Below are positions 20,582-30,463 of a DNA stretch of 64,000 nt, piece after piece; the first letter of the stretch is position 1; every line of letters begins with the position of its first letter. Location of the stretch: positions 3,648,001-3,712,000 of the forward strand of contig OZ244937.1 in assembly GCA_965222075.1 (NCBI GenBank), read 5' to 3'. The notes under the pieces are model-generated. The model searched no databases. It was not told the DNA's origin and saw only the letters and a list, made by a program, of their open reading frames with translations. Position numbers and translations under genes: made by a program. Origin of the DNA: Candidatus Latescibacterota bacterium. Its GTDB lineage: Bacteria; Latescibacterota; UBA2968; GCA-2709665.

Positions 20582-21972
20582 TAATCCTCGGTCTCGTCAC
20601 CTTCCTCCGGCATGAGCACAAACTCGGGGTAGGCCTCGATTCCCAGCTCCCCGACGTCTTGACCCAGCCGCTCGACCTGGACCGACACCCGGACACCCAG
20701 GGTCGCGGCAAGCACACGCCACAGCAGCCACGAGACCGAAAACACAAACACCCCAACCGCCACCACACCCAGCAGTTGCACGCCGAAGCTGCCGCCTGCG
20801 GCAATGCAGACCGCCAGCGTTCCCCAGATGCCGGCGAACAGATGGGCAGGCACCGCCCCGACGACATCGTCGATCTTCAACCTCTCCAGCAATTTGATTC
20901 CTATCGTGCAGAGGGTGGCTCCTACAGCGCCAATGATGACCGCCCAATAGTGGTCGACGATGTCAGGGCCGGCGGTAATGGACACCAGTCCCGCAATGGC
21001 CCCGTTCAGGCTGGCGAACAGATCCACGCGCCCGAGTATGGGTCGGGACAAAACGAGGGCCACCACGACGCCGGCTGCCGCCGCCAGGTTGGTGTTGACC
21101 AGCACATGACTCATGGCCAGCACGTCGACAGCACTCCCCAGTTTCAGCTGCGATCCGCCGTTGAAGCCGAACCAGCCGAACCAGAGGATGAAGACGCCCA
21201 GAGTCACTACCAGGATGTTGGAGGGCGGCGTGGCCTTGATAGTGCCGTCTTTCCGGTATTTTCCGAATCGTGGCCCTACGGCCAGTGCGCCCGCAAGCGC
21301 CGCCCAACCACCGGTGCTATGGACGATGGTCGAGCCGGCAAAATCCTTGAATCCCATTGCACTCAGCCACCCTCCGCCCCAGGTCCAGGCGCCGACGACG
21401 GGGTAGATGACGGCCGTCAGCACCAGCGTGAAGAGAAAGAAGGACCACATCTTAACCCGTTCGGCCAGCGTGCCGGAGACGATGGAGGCGGCGGTTGCCA
21501 CGAAGACCATCTGGAAGAACCAGTCCGACATGGTGGAGTATTTGTTCGCGATCACAGCGGCTTTCGCAGCCTCCTGTCCCGACACGAGGGCGAGATCATG
21601 AGTCGACGGCCCGTAGAGGAACTTGAACGAGCCGATCACGCTTCCCACGTCGGTGTACATCAGGTTATAGCCGATGAAGTAGTAGGCCAGTCCAGCTATG
21701 GAGTAGAGGCCGATGTTCTTCAGGCAGATCATGGAGGCGTTCTTGGTGCGCACCGAACCGGCCTCGAGCATGGTGAACCCGGCACACATCCACATCACCA
21801 TCGCACCCCAGACCAGGAACGAGAAGGTGTTGAAGACAAACATGGTCTCCTCGTCAACCGCCGCCTGTGCGGCGGCCGTCCCGCACAACAGGCAGCCAAG
21901 CACCGCCAGCGTCTTTCCCCCCAGGGCACCGCCAAGGCGTTTATGGACAGGGACTTTCATGGATTCTCTCAT
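20581..21972 (-). CDS. amt: Ammonium transporter
   Basis: AGFTMLEAG, FFQMVF, SGTLAER, DFAGSTIVH, WFGFNGGS and DDVVGAVPAH (twin His intact); TAATG overlap with the alpha-E gene. Confidence 0.96.
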   Translation of the reverse strand: MRESMKVPVHKRLGGALGGKTLAVLGCLLCGTAAAQAAVDEETMFVFNTFSFLVWGAMVMWMCAGFTMLEAGSVRTKNASMICLKNIGLYSIAGLAYYFIGYNLMYTDVGSVIGSFKFLYGPSTHDLALVSGQEAAKAAVIANKYSTMSDWFFQMVFVATAASIVSGTLAERVKMWSFFLFTLVLTAVIYPVVGAWTWGGGWLSAMGFKDFAGSTIVHSTGGWAALAGALAVGPRFGKYRKDGTIKATPPSNILVVTLGVFILWFGWFGFNGGSQLKLGSAVDVLAMSHVLVNTNLAAAAGVVVALVLSRPILGRVDLFASLNGAIAGLVSITAGPDIVDHYWAVIIGAVGATLCTIGIKLLERLKIDDVVGAVPAHLFAGIWGTLAVCIAAGGSFGVQLLGVVAVGVFVFSVSWLLWRVLAATLGVRVSVQVERLGQDVGELGIEAYPEFVLMPEEGDETED

Positions 21973-22046
21973 ATCGTCTCCTTTCGTTGTTGAGCCATAC
22001 CGGCGAGATGCGTGGTCTATCTTACCAGAATAAAGGTCCCATCTGC

Positions 22047-23480
22047 TCAGTCTCCCAACACCCACAGGTCTTTGCCGCCTCCACCCTGACTGGAGTTCAC
22101 CACCAGGCTGCCCCGACGCAGGGCGACACGGCAGAAAGCGCCAGGCACGATACGTGTCTCGTGGCCATGGAGCACGAATGGACGCAGGTCAACGTGGCGC
22201 GGCTCGACTCGGCCATCGATCAGACAGGGCGCGCGGGAGAGCGCCAGGACGGGCTGCGAGATGAAGTCAGCCGGGTCGGCGCACACCTGCCTGACGTAAG
22301 TCTCACGCTCCTCGGGCGTGGCATGGGGACCCACCAGCATGCCGTACCCCCCGGACTCGCCAACACGCTTTACCACCAGGTTCTCCAGATTGTCGAGCGT
22401 GTACTCAAGGTCTTCCGGCCGGCGGCACAGGTAGGTCTCCACATTGGCCAGAAGCGGCTCTTCACCCAGGTAGTAGCGGATCATGTCAGGCACGTAGGCA
22501 TAAACGCTCTTGTCGTCAGCAACGCCCGTTCCGGGTGCATTCACCAGGGCAACATGGCCAAGTTTGTAGGCGTGAAGCAACCCGGGGACGCCCAGCAGAG
22601 AGTCCGGGCGGAAGACGAGTGGGTCGAGAAAATCGTCATCCACACGCCGGTAGATCACATCGACACGTCGGAGGCCGGTGGTGGTACGCATGTAAACGAA
22701 ACCGTCGTTGATGAGCAGATCGCGGCCTTCGACAAGCGCCGCCCCGATTTCGTGAGCCAGAAACATGTGCTCGTAGAAGGCCGAGTTGTAGACGCCGGGC
22801 GTCAGCAGCGCGATGCAAGGGTCGAACCGCCCTGCCGGGGCCAACTCTCGCAGGGTCTTGAGCAACATGTGCCCGTAATGTTCCACCTCCTGCACGCGAG
22901 AGCTTCTGTACAGACGGCGTAGACTTGCCTTCACCGCTTTGCGATTGGCGATCATGTACGAAACACCCGAAGGCACCCGCAGGTTGTCCTCAAGCACACG
23001 AAAGCCGTCGTTGGTACGCACCAGGTCGGTACCGCAAATAGAGACCCAGGCACCGTGGGGTGCGGAGAAGCCGCGCATCTCGATACGGTACTGGGGACAG
23101 CCACGCACCATGTCCGCCGGGATGACACCGTCGGCAATGATGCGCGCCTCGTTGTAAATATCCTCCAGGAAGCGGTTCAGGGCGGCAAGGCGTTGGGTCA
23201 GGCCGGTTTCAAGCTGCCGCCACTCGGCACCCGAGAGAATCCGGGGCAGGCAGTCAATGGGGATGATGCGCTCATCGGCCTCTTGGTCGCCGTAAACGGT
23301 AAAGGTGATGCCTTCGTTCGAAAACGAGCGCGTAACGCGTTCCTGGATGCTGCCAAGTTCCTCGGCAGAGAACTGGCTCAGTGTTTCGTAAAGCAGGCGG
23401 CAATGTTGCCTGGGGGTGCCATCCGGCAGGAACATCTCGTCGTAGATGGACGGATCAAGACCGTAGATGTCAAAGTCCAT
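22047..23480 (-). CDS. Circularly permuted type-2 ATP-grasp protein
   Basis: YDEM, VLEDNLRVPSGVSY, NSAFYEH, IYRRVDD, GESGGYG, HVDLRPF and VVNSSQGGGGKD motifs; exact start uncertain (23480 or 23495). Confidence 0.93.
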   Translation of the reverse strand: MDFDIYGLDPSIYDEMFLPDGTPRQHCRLLYETLSQFSAEELGSIQERVTRSFSNEGITFTVYGDQEADERIIPIDCLPRILSGAEWRQLETGLTQRLAALNRFLEDIYNEARIIADGVIPADMVRGCPQYRIEMRGFSAPHGAWVSICGTDLVRTNDGFRVLEDNLRVPSGVSYMIANRKAVKASLRRLYRSSRVQEVEHYGHMLLKTLRELAPAGRFDPCIALLTPGVYNSAFYEHMFLAHEIGAALVEGRDLLINDGFVYMRTTTGLRRVDVIYRRVDDDFLDPLVFRPDSLLGVPGLLHAYKLGHVALVNAPGTGVADDKSVYAYVPDMIRYYLGEEPLLANVETYLCRRPEDLEYTLDNLENLVVKRVGESGGYGMLVGPHATPEERETYVRQVCADPADFISQPVLALSRAPCLIDGRVEPRHVDLRPFVLHGHETRIVPGAFCRVALRRGSLVVNSSQGGGGKDLWVLGD

Positions 23481-23564
23481 GGCTATCGATGCCATCTCCG
23501 GCCCACATTCGTCGAAGGCCACGCGAATGCGGTTACAGACGTCGTCCGGGATCTCCTCCGACAA

Positions 23565-25766
23565 TCAGAGCGCCTCATTATCGGTTCTTTCCTCCACCAT
23601 TGTCGGGGGCGCCGCCAGGGGTAATTCCACAACCATCTCGGTAAATTCGCCGGATTCGGTCGCGACCCGGATGGTTCCTCCGTGCTCCCGAACAATATCG
23701 TTGGACAGGGCAAGGCCAAGCCCGGTACCCTTGTCGGTCGGCTTGGTCGTGAAGAAGGGGTTGAAGATCTTATCGACGACATCGGGTGGAATTCCGCTCC
23801 CGTTGTCCCTGATGTAAATCTCGACGCCTTCCGGTCCGCGCCGGGTCCTTAGCCACAACGTTGGGGTGTAGGGCGCTTCGTCAGTCTCTGCTGGCGCACT
23901 TGTGCGTCGTTTCTCATCGGTCGCATGGCAGGCGTTGCTCACCATGTTGAGAAAGACGCGGCCCATGTCCTGCGAAACGACTTCGATCTGGCCCGTCTGC
24001 GGGTCCAGATCCTGCTTGATGTCAAGTTGGAAATCCGAATCGGCCGCCCTTGCGCTGTGGTAGGCGAGCCGGGCGTGTTCGTCAAGCAGGTTGTTGATGT
24101 CGGTGGGTTGCCGTCCGGCCGAGCCTCGGCCCATCGAAAGCATGTCGTGAACGATCCGGTTGGCGCGTTCGCCGTGTTCACGGATGCGCCCGAGGTTGTC
24201 GGTCAGGTCCTGGCAGATCTCCTGGATGAGCCCGCGCTGGTCTTCGTTCAACGTCCCGCCGCCCTCACTGAGGGTTTCCTGGAGTTCCTCCAGCAGTTCC
24301 TCCAGCAGTTCCTCCGAGACCTCTGAGAAGTTCTTGACAAAGTTCAGTGGGTTTTTGATCTCGTGGGCGACCCCCGCAGTGAGTTCACCGAGCGCCGCCA
24401 GTTTTTCGCGCATCACAATCTGGTCCTGTGCCCGCCGGAGGTCGGCCAACACCTTCTCGAGTTGGTCGTTCTTCTCTCGCAACTCCCCAGCCAGCTTTTC
24501 CACCAGGTTCAGGCGCTGGACCTCCAGGGCGTGGCGACGGAATACCTCCAGGGCCGCTGCCATGTCCGCGACCTCGTCGTTTCCGCCGATCTCGACCCGG
24601 GCCTCCAGGTCGCCATCGGCCATGCCGCGCATCCTGTCCGACAACCTTTCGAGACGGCGCAAAAGCACACGGCCGACGAACAGCCAGGCGATCAGTACCG
24701 CTCCGGTGATGCTGACCACGTTCAGCCCGAGCAAGACGTTGCGTCCGGTCCGGATCGCCCTCATGGATGCGTGGGTGGCTTCCTGTGTGCGCTCACGCGC
24801 CGCGCTGACCAAACCTTCAACCTCAGCGACGAGATCGATGGCGAGGTCTCGATTGCGCGCGATCAGGTTCCGCTGGCGCTCGACGAGCTCGAATTCTCGA
24901 ACGATCAGATCAAAGCCGCCCTGCTGCCCGACACCGAGTTCGAACAGTCGATTGAAGGTCGGAGCGATTTCACCGCGCCAGGGCGCTTTACCCAGAGCCG
25001 ACAAGCTCCGCTCGATACGGCCGGTGGTGGCCTCGAAACGTTCCCGCAGCGGTTCGAGCAAAAGGGCATTCGACAGATTGAATGCACCTGCCAGAAGCTG
25101 CGTTGCGATGGTGGCGTTCGCCTGCAATTCCGCCAGGTGGCGGTATCGGTCGAACTCATCATCCGAGAAATGCCGCTCGCGAGGCATCGGCGGTTGACCC
25201 AATGTCCGATAGCCCGTCATCGCGTAGAAGAGTTGGTCGTCAATAGCCGGAACCAGCGTGCTGGACAGTTTGCCCCCCAATTCCGCCAGTTCCACGCGCA
25301 ACGCTTCGCTACGCGCACTCACCTCGAACAACTCGGCCACCTCACGTTCAATGGCTTCAATATTCGACGTCAGCGCGCCGGCATAGTCGCGGATGCGGCT
25401 GTAGCGTTCCTCATCCTCTTTTTTAACGTCCCGCCGCATCAGGGCCGCCAATTGCGTCTCAAAGGCCTTCCGCTCTTCGGCGATTTCGGCGGTGACGCGG
25501 GCGAAGTCCTCTTCTGTCGCGGCAGCAGTCAGACGCGGGGCGGCAGCAACCAATGTACCGCTCTGCTGCGCAACTCCGAAGGCAGCCGCCATCTCCGGGA
25601 CGCTGCCCTCGTTGACACGGCTTTGTACATCGCCCACGCGATTGAAAGAAGACCAGCCGACCAGACTGGCGCCCATGGTGAGGGCGACGGCGCCTCCGAT
25701 CCCCAGATAGAGTTGCGTGGCGATGCGGAAGCGGCTCTCAAGCAGGCGTTTGAGCGTGCGGATCAC
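23565..25766 (-). CDS. Sensor histidine kinase (TorS-like helical periplasmic domain, HAMP, HisKA, HATPase)
   Basis: Two TM segments, HAMP (GNDEVADMA), AHEIKNPLNF, DNGSGI and FFTTKPTDKGTGLGL. Confidence 0.92.
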   Translation of the reverse strand: MIRTLKRLLESRFRIATQLYLGIGGAVALTMGASLVGWSSFNRVGDVQSRVNEGSVPEMAAAFGVAQQSGTLVAAAPRLTAAATEEDFARVTAEIAEERKAFETQLAALMRRDVKKEDEERYSRIRDYAGALTSNIEAIEREVAELFEVSARSEALRVELAELGGKLSSTLVPAIDDQLFYAMTGYRTLGQPPMPRERHFSDDEFDRYRHLAELQANATIATQLLAGAFNLSNALLLEPLRERFEATTGRIERSLSALGKAPWRGEIAPTFNRLFELGVGQQGGFDLIVREFELVERQRNLIARNRDLAIDLVAEVEGLVSAARERTQEATHASMRAIRTGRNVLLGLNVVSITGAVLIAWLFVGRVLLRRLERLSDRMRGMADGDLEARVEIGGNDEVADMAAALEVFRRHALEVQRLNLVEKLAGELREKNDQLEKVLADLRRAQDQIVMREKLAALGELTAGVAHEIKNPLNFVKNFSEVSEELLEELLEELQETLSEGGGTLNEDQRGLIQEICQDLTDNLGRIREHGERANRIVHDMLSMGRGSAGRQPTDINNLLDEHARLAYHSARAADSDFQLDIKQDLDPQTGQIEVVSQDMGRVFLNMVSNACHATDEKRRTSAPAETDEAPYTPTLWLRTRRGPEGVEIYIRDNGSGIPPDVVDKIFNPFFTTKPTDKGTGLGLALSNDIVREHGGTIRVATESGEFTEMVVELPLAAPPTMVEERTDNEAL

Positions 25767-26944
25767 GGCTCCATGTCCTGGAGCGTATCGATTGGATAAT
25801 AACGGCCGTCACGACCGATCACGGTCAGGAAGACAGCATCCGAACCCTGATTGTCCAGGTCGCCGTAGCGGAGTTCAAATCCGCCTAAATCGACGACTTC
25901 AGAGCGGCGGAGACTGTTGAGAAAGGAGGCTCGGCTGACCTCCCGGCCGCAGCGTTCCAGGGCGGCAATGGCCAGGCGACCGGCCAGGTAACCTTCGAAG
26001 GAGACGAAACCGGGAACGGCGTCGGAGGCGTAGGCTGCCAGGGCCCGACGGTAGGCGGCAGCGACAGGGAAGGTGTCGTCCGTTGGAAACGGCACCACCT
26101 GGGTGACAAAGACCCCGGCTCCAGCGCCACCAAGTTGTCTGGCCAGTGCGTTGCTGCCCACGAAAGAGATGGTTATAAAGGCGGAGTTCATACCAGTGTG
26201 CCGCGCCCAGGCGATTAACGTCGCAACTGGCTCGTAGGCTCCAATCAGGATCACTGCCTCGGGGTTTCCCCGGCGCAGATCGAGCAGAGCCGTTTTCACG
26301 GCCGTGGTATTGCGCGGATACAACCCGACTGACACCGCCTCCATTCCGCGCCTTTCGAGTGCGCGCCGCGCGCCCCGGTAACCGGCGCGACCGAAGGAAT
26401 CGTCCTGGTACATCACGGCGATGTGCTTTAAACCCAGGTCGCCGGTCAGCCGGGCAACCATCTCCTCCGTCTCCTGATTATAGGAAGCGCGCAGGTTAAT
26501 CACGTTGTTCCACTTTGCTTCGCGCAGGAAAGCAGCGCCGGTAAACGGGGCGATGTAGGGAACGCTCGCATCTGCAGCGACTGGAGTGGCGGAACGCGAC
26601 GTCGGCGTGCCAACGGCGCCGATGAGCGCGAAGACCTCTGCTTCCTTGATCAGGTAGAGGGTGTTGGCAATGGCCGCTTCCGGTTCGTAGGCATCATCAA
26701 GAGACACGAGTTCCAACCGCCGACCGTGGACACCACCGCGCTGATTTGCCTCCTGGAAAGCGGCTTCAATCCCGCGCCTCATGTCGGTGCCGAGCTGCCC
26801 GGCGGGGCCGCTGAAGGCGGCGGACTGGCCGAAGAGAATGCGCCGATCGGAGACGCCTGTTTCCTCCGCGTGGCCTGCCGTAGCTGCCAAGAGCACTGTC
26901 CACGCGACGAACAGCCAGACCGCCTGGTGGGGCGTCCGTCTCAT
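25763..26944 (-). CDS. LivK-like (type I) periplasmic substrate-binding protein
   Basis: Signal peptide, FGQSAAFSGP, GGVHGR, DDAYEP, VGTPT and QDDSFG motifs; no permease or ATPase nearby. Confidence 0.9.
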   Translation of the reverse strand: MRRTPHQAVWLFVAWTVLLAATAGHAEETGVSDRRILFGQSAAFSGPAGQLGTDMRRGIEAAFQEANQRGGVHGRRLELVSLDDAYEPEAAIANTLYLIKEAEVFALIGAVGTPTSRSATPVAADASVPYIAPFTGAAFLREAKWNNVINLRASYNQETEEMVARLTGDLGLKHIAVMYQDDSFGRAGYRGARRALERRGMEAVSVGLYPRNTTAVKTALLDLRRGNPEAVILIGAYEPVATLIAWARHTGMNSAFITISFVGSNALARQLGGAGAGVFVTQVVPFPTDDTFPVAAAYRRALAAYASDAVPGFVSFEGYLAGRLAIAALERCGREVSRASFLNSLRRSEVVDLGGFELRYGDLDNQGSDAVFLTVIGRDGRYYPIDTLQDMEP

Positions 26945-27360
26945 CTGGTCCTTCGCTTGATCAAGGTCAGGTGGTTCCGGTGCTGCTCTCGCCGATAGTA
27001 CATTTCGTCCATCATCGTAAGCACCAGATGAATGCCGAGTCCGCCCACAGGCCGATCTTCGAGCGCCGCTTCCAGATCGGGCTGTGGCGCGTCCTTCAGG
27101 GGATTGAAGGGCCGGCCGTCGTCCGTGATTTCAATGGTGATGGCGTCCGCCGTCGAGGTCAATGTGATCTCGATCTCTCCAGGATCGCCGTCGAGCCCAT
27201 GTCTGACGATGTTGTTCCCGAACTCCTCGATGGCGAGGTCGACCTGGTGGACAAGGCCGGGGGGCCACTTCTCCTGCTGCCCGAGGTCCTCGGCGGCGAC
27301 GGCGACCCGCCTCAGTTCATCGAGATTGGCTTCAATCCGAAAGGATCTTTTCGCGCTCAC
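26941..27360 (-). CDS. RsbW/SpoIIAB-like Ser kinase (anti-sigma factor type)
   Basis: EE..NNIVRHG, DDGRPFNP and GGLGIHLV motifs. Confidence 0.9.
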   Translation of the reverse strand: MSAKRSFRIEANLDELRRVAVAAEDLGQQEKWPPGLVHQVDLAIEEFGNNIVRHGLDGDPGEIEITLTSTADAITIEITDDGRPFNPLKDAPQPDLEAALEDRPVGGLGIHLVLTMMDEMYYRREQHRNHLTLIKRRTR

Positions 27361-28526
27361 GTCTCTGTCCCCTCGTGGCGCAACGCCAGGCAGGTGATAT
27401 CGTCGGACTGCGGGGTATCTCCCACAAAGGCTTTCACGGCCTGAAAGACCGCCAGGTTGGCTTCCCGGGCGTCCCCCTGGGGAGCGGCCACAAAGACTTC
27501 GTGCAGACGCTCGACCCCAAACTCTTCCTGTTTGTCATTCATGGCTTCGGTAACACCGTCCGTATAGAGAACGACGGTGTCGCCAGGTGCGAGGGTCACG
27601 GTGTTGTGCTGGTATTGGATGTCGGGTATCATCCCAAGGGCGATCCCGCCGGTCAGAGGAAGCAGGGTCGAGTTTCCATCAGCGTTGACGATGAGCGGAG
27701 AATTGTGCCCACCATTGGCGTATAAGAACTCTCCACTCGCCGGATCGAACACCGCGTAGAAAACGGTGACGAACATCGCAGCTTCGTTGTTCTCGTAAAG
27801 CAAATGGTTGACCTCGCCCAGTACCTCACCCGGATCGGGGCTGCCGATGGCCGCGCCCCTCAGCAGCGTGCGGCTGGACATCATGAAGAGCGCGGCGGGC
27901 ACACCCTTGTCCGAGACGTCTGCGATTGCCAATCCAATGCGACCGTCCTCAAGAGGGATGATGTCGAAGAAATCGCCGCCCACGTTGCGTGCGGGCTCCA
28001 TGCTGCCAGAAACCTGGTAGGTGGGGCTCTCGGGAAACCGTGTGGGAAGAATCGATTGCTGCATCTTGCTGGCGACATCGAGTTCGTTCTGTATCGCGAT
28101 CAACTGGTCACGCGACTCGAGCGCCTCGCGCCACTCGACCATATGGCGCACGGTCCGGTCGATGGTGACCTGCAGGTCCTTGAAGTCAATCGGCTTGGTG
28201 ACGAAGTCGAACGCGCCCCGGTTCATCGCCGTGCGGATGTTCTTCATGTCGCCATACGCCGAAATGATCACGGAACGGATGTTGGGGTCCACTTTGGGGA
28301 TCTGTTCCAGCAGCGTGAGACCGTCCATCTGAGGCATGTTGATGTCCGAGAGCACCATATCGATGTCCTCGTCTTCGTTCAACCGCTCAAGGGCCTCCAC
28401 ACCGTTGCTGGCAAAGACGAACGCGTAGCGGCCGGCGCGAATGGCGCGCCGCATGCGCTGCAGCATAAGCGGTTCGAGATCAGGCTCGTCATCGACGACC
28501 AGAATTTTGTATGGTTGTTCTATCAT
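27357..28526 (-). CDS. Response regulator-PP2C (RsbU/SpoIIE-like) phosphatase
   Basis: REC domain (VVDDE, SDINMP, KP) plus VGGDFFD, ADVSDKG, YTDGVTE and DDIT. Confidence 0.93.
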   Translation of the reverse strand: MIEQPYKILVVDDEPDLEPLMLQRMRRAIRAGRYAFVFASNGVEALERLNEDEDIDMVLSDINMPQMDGLTLLEQIPKVDPNIRSVIISAYGDMKNIRTAMNRGAFDFVTKPIDFKDLQVTIDRTVRHMVEWREALESRDQLIAIQNELDVASKMQQSILPTRFPESPTYQVSGSMEPARNVGGDFFDIIPLEDGRIGLAIADVSDKGVPAALFMMSSRTLLRGAAIGSPDPGEVLGEVNHLLYENNEAAMFVTVFYAVFDPASGEFLYANGGHNSPLIVNADGNSTLLPLTGGIALGMIPDIQYQHNTVTLAPGDTVVLYTDGVTEAMNDKQEEFGVERLHEVFVAAPQGDAREANLAVFQAVKAFVGDTPQSDDITCLALRHEGTET

Positions 28527-28595
28527 TCTCACACTCCAGCAGATCCAGTTTCTCTTGACGGTTGGAAATGAGGTAACGATTTCCTCACAAACAGG

Positions 28596-30257
28596 TCAAC
28601 GCGGCTGCTCTTCGCCCATCTGCTCCAGCTCTTCGGCGATTTCGTCCATCAGGAGGACCAGGTCCAGGACATCTTGGCTCGTGACCGTACCCAGAAACTC
28701 ATCTGAGTCCCTGTCCAGGACGGGTATCACCGACAGCGAGTGATCCGTCATGCGCTTCAGCACGTCCTGGATCGGCTCTTCAGGCAGGGCGTGCGGCGGG
28801 TCCGGGCGCAGCACGTTGCGAAGGGACGTGTCCGCCCAGGAGTCCCTGGGGACGGACGGTAGCCTGGACAGCGACACGATCCCTGCAACGGCGCCTTCGT
28901 CAACCACCACGTAGTCGTGTTGATTCGGCACGATCCAATCGTCGACAAAACTCCTGAGCGACAGCGTTGACTCGGAATAGGTCCGCGTTCTGTCCAGAAC
29001 GTGATTGGCGGTAATGTCTTCCATCGCGTGGCGGGCGAACGAAGGCGGCACAGCGTCCGGCGGTGTAGGGCGGTGCACCCCCCTGGCTCGCTTGACCGCG
29101 AAACTGATCGCCTGAGGCATCAGCACAATGTAGCCGAACATCACGAGCACGAGCAGTGAGAAGACATCCTGCTCGATCACGTCGGTCTCGAGGAGGACGA
29201 GGAGAAGCGCGATCTCCGCCACGCCTTTCGCCATCAGTCCCGCGGCCTGAGCGTAGGGTTTATCCAGCCGCGCCACATAGGTACCGATGAAGGCGCCGGC
29301 GAACTTGCCCAGCAAAGGGATCGTTACCAGCGCGACAATCGTCGCCATCGGCAAGGTCGTAAAAGATAAGTCCAGGCGCAGACCAGCCGAGGCGAAGAAG
29401 AGTGGGACGAACAGGCCCTCCCCTGCGCTCCGAATACCGGGCATAACATCCCGGTGCACCTGACGGGGCAGCCCCGACAGGGCCGCGCCGAAAAGCAGGG
29501 CCCCGATAGAGCCGTGGAGACCGATTTTCTCGGCCACCACCACCATCAGGAAGAGACAGCCGATCAGCAGCCCGAATGACAGCTCGGGCACGTTCAGGAA
29601 GCGATGCAGGTAGACGATGGTGGGCGGCAGGACCCTGGCCGACAGGATCCACGCAACGACCGCGAAGCCTGCGATTTGCCCCAGCAGAATGAGCACGCCT
29701 GCGACGCTCAGTTCGGGGTGGTGTTGGTGTTCGCCAATGGTGAACCCGACCAAGAGCAAGATGATCAACTCGGAGATGATCACCGTGGTGAAAATCTCAA
29801 GCCCGATCGGTTCCTTGAGATACCCATTGTCGGCGAGTACCTTGGCCACAAGGCCCAGGCTGGACAGCGACAGGATGCCGGCTAAGGGCAGCGCCTCCTT
29901 GAACTGGAGGTTGAGGGCGAAATCAACCTTGAAGAGGTTGGACGTGACGACCAGGGCCGCGAGCAGCGAAATGAGCACTGACACGGTCGCGGCGAAGAAA
30001 AACCGGCCGCGGATTGTTGCCACGAAGCCTGCTATATCGATTTCATCGAGGCCAACCAGGAAGAAGAGGACGAAGACGCCGATGCCCAAGAAGAGCTGGA
30101 GTTTGCTCGTCGGCTCGACTATCCCGGCGATGGGTCCAAGCAGGATGCCAGTCACCGTGTACGCGACGATCGAATTCAAGCCAATCCGGCCAAGAATACC
30201 CTCGGCGAGCTTGGCCACGACAACCAGCAAACCGATGGGCAGTAAGGCTTCGATCAT
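28596..30257 (-). CDS. Cation:proton antiporter (CPA2-like) with C-terminal CBS pair
   Basis: About 12 hydrophobic segments, LFFLVGLDE, FVPLFFASAG and KGVAEI; CBS-like tail. Confidence 0.85.
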   Translation of the reverse strand: MIEALLPIGLLVVVAKLAEGILGRIGLNSIVAYTVTGILLGPIAGIVEPTSKLQLFLGIGVFVLFFLVGLDEIDIAGFVATIRGRFFFAATVSVLISLLAALVVTSNLFKVDFALNLQFKEALPLAGILSLSSLGLVAKVLADNGYLKEPIGLEIFTTVIISELIILLLVGFTIGEHQHHPELSVAGVLILLGQIAGFAVVAWILSARVLPPTIVYLHRFLNVPELSFGLLIGCLFLMVVVAEKIGLHGSIGALLFGAALSGLPRQVHRDVMPGIRSAGEGLFVPLFFASAGLRLDLSFTTLPMATIVALVTIPLLGKFAGAFIGTYVARLDKPYAQAAGLMAKGVAEIALLLVLLETDVIEQDVFSLLVLVMFGYIVLMPQAISFAVKRARGVHRPTPPDAVPPSFARHAMEDITANHVLDRTRTYSESTLSLRSFVDDWIVPNQHDYVVVDEGAVAGIVSLSRLPSVPRDSWADTSLRNVLRPDPPHALPEEPIQDVLKRMTDHSLSVIPVLDRDSDEFLGTVTSQDVLDLVLLMDEIAEELEQMGEEQPR

Positions 30258-30463
30258 GGACGGGCTCTCATATCCTCCGGGGATTCAGCAGGAAACCGGA
30301 GATTCCAGGACAAAACGCTGCCACTCACGCCGTTCATTCTATGCTCGATGACTCGAATAATCGCGCGAAACTGGTGTAGCTGCTGTGTCATTTCCACCCT
30401 TGGCACTTCTTCACCAAGTTTACCATAACTGCTTCCGCGAAGCAGTCCCGGACCGACCGCCTC

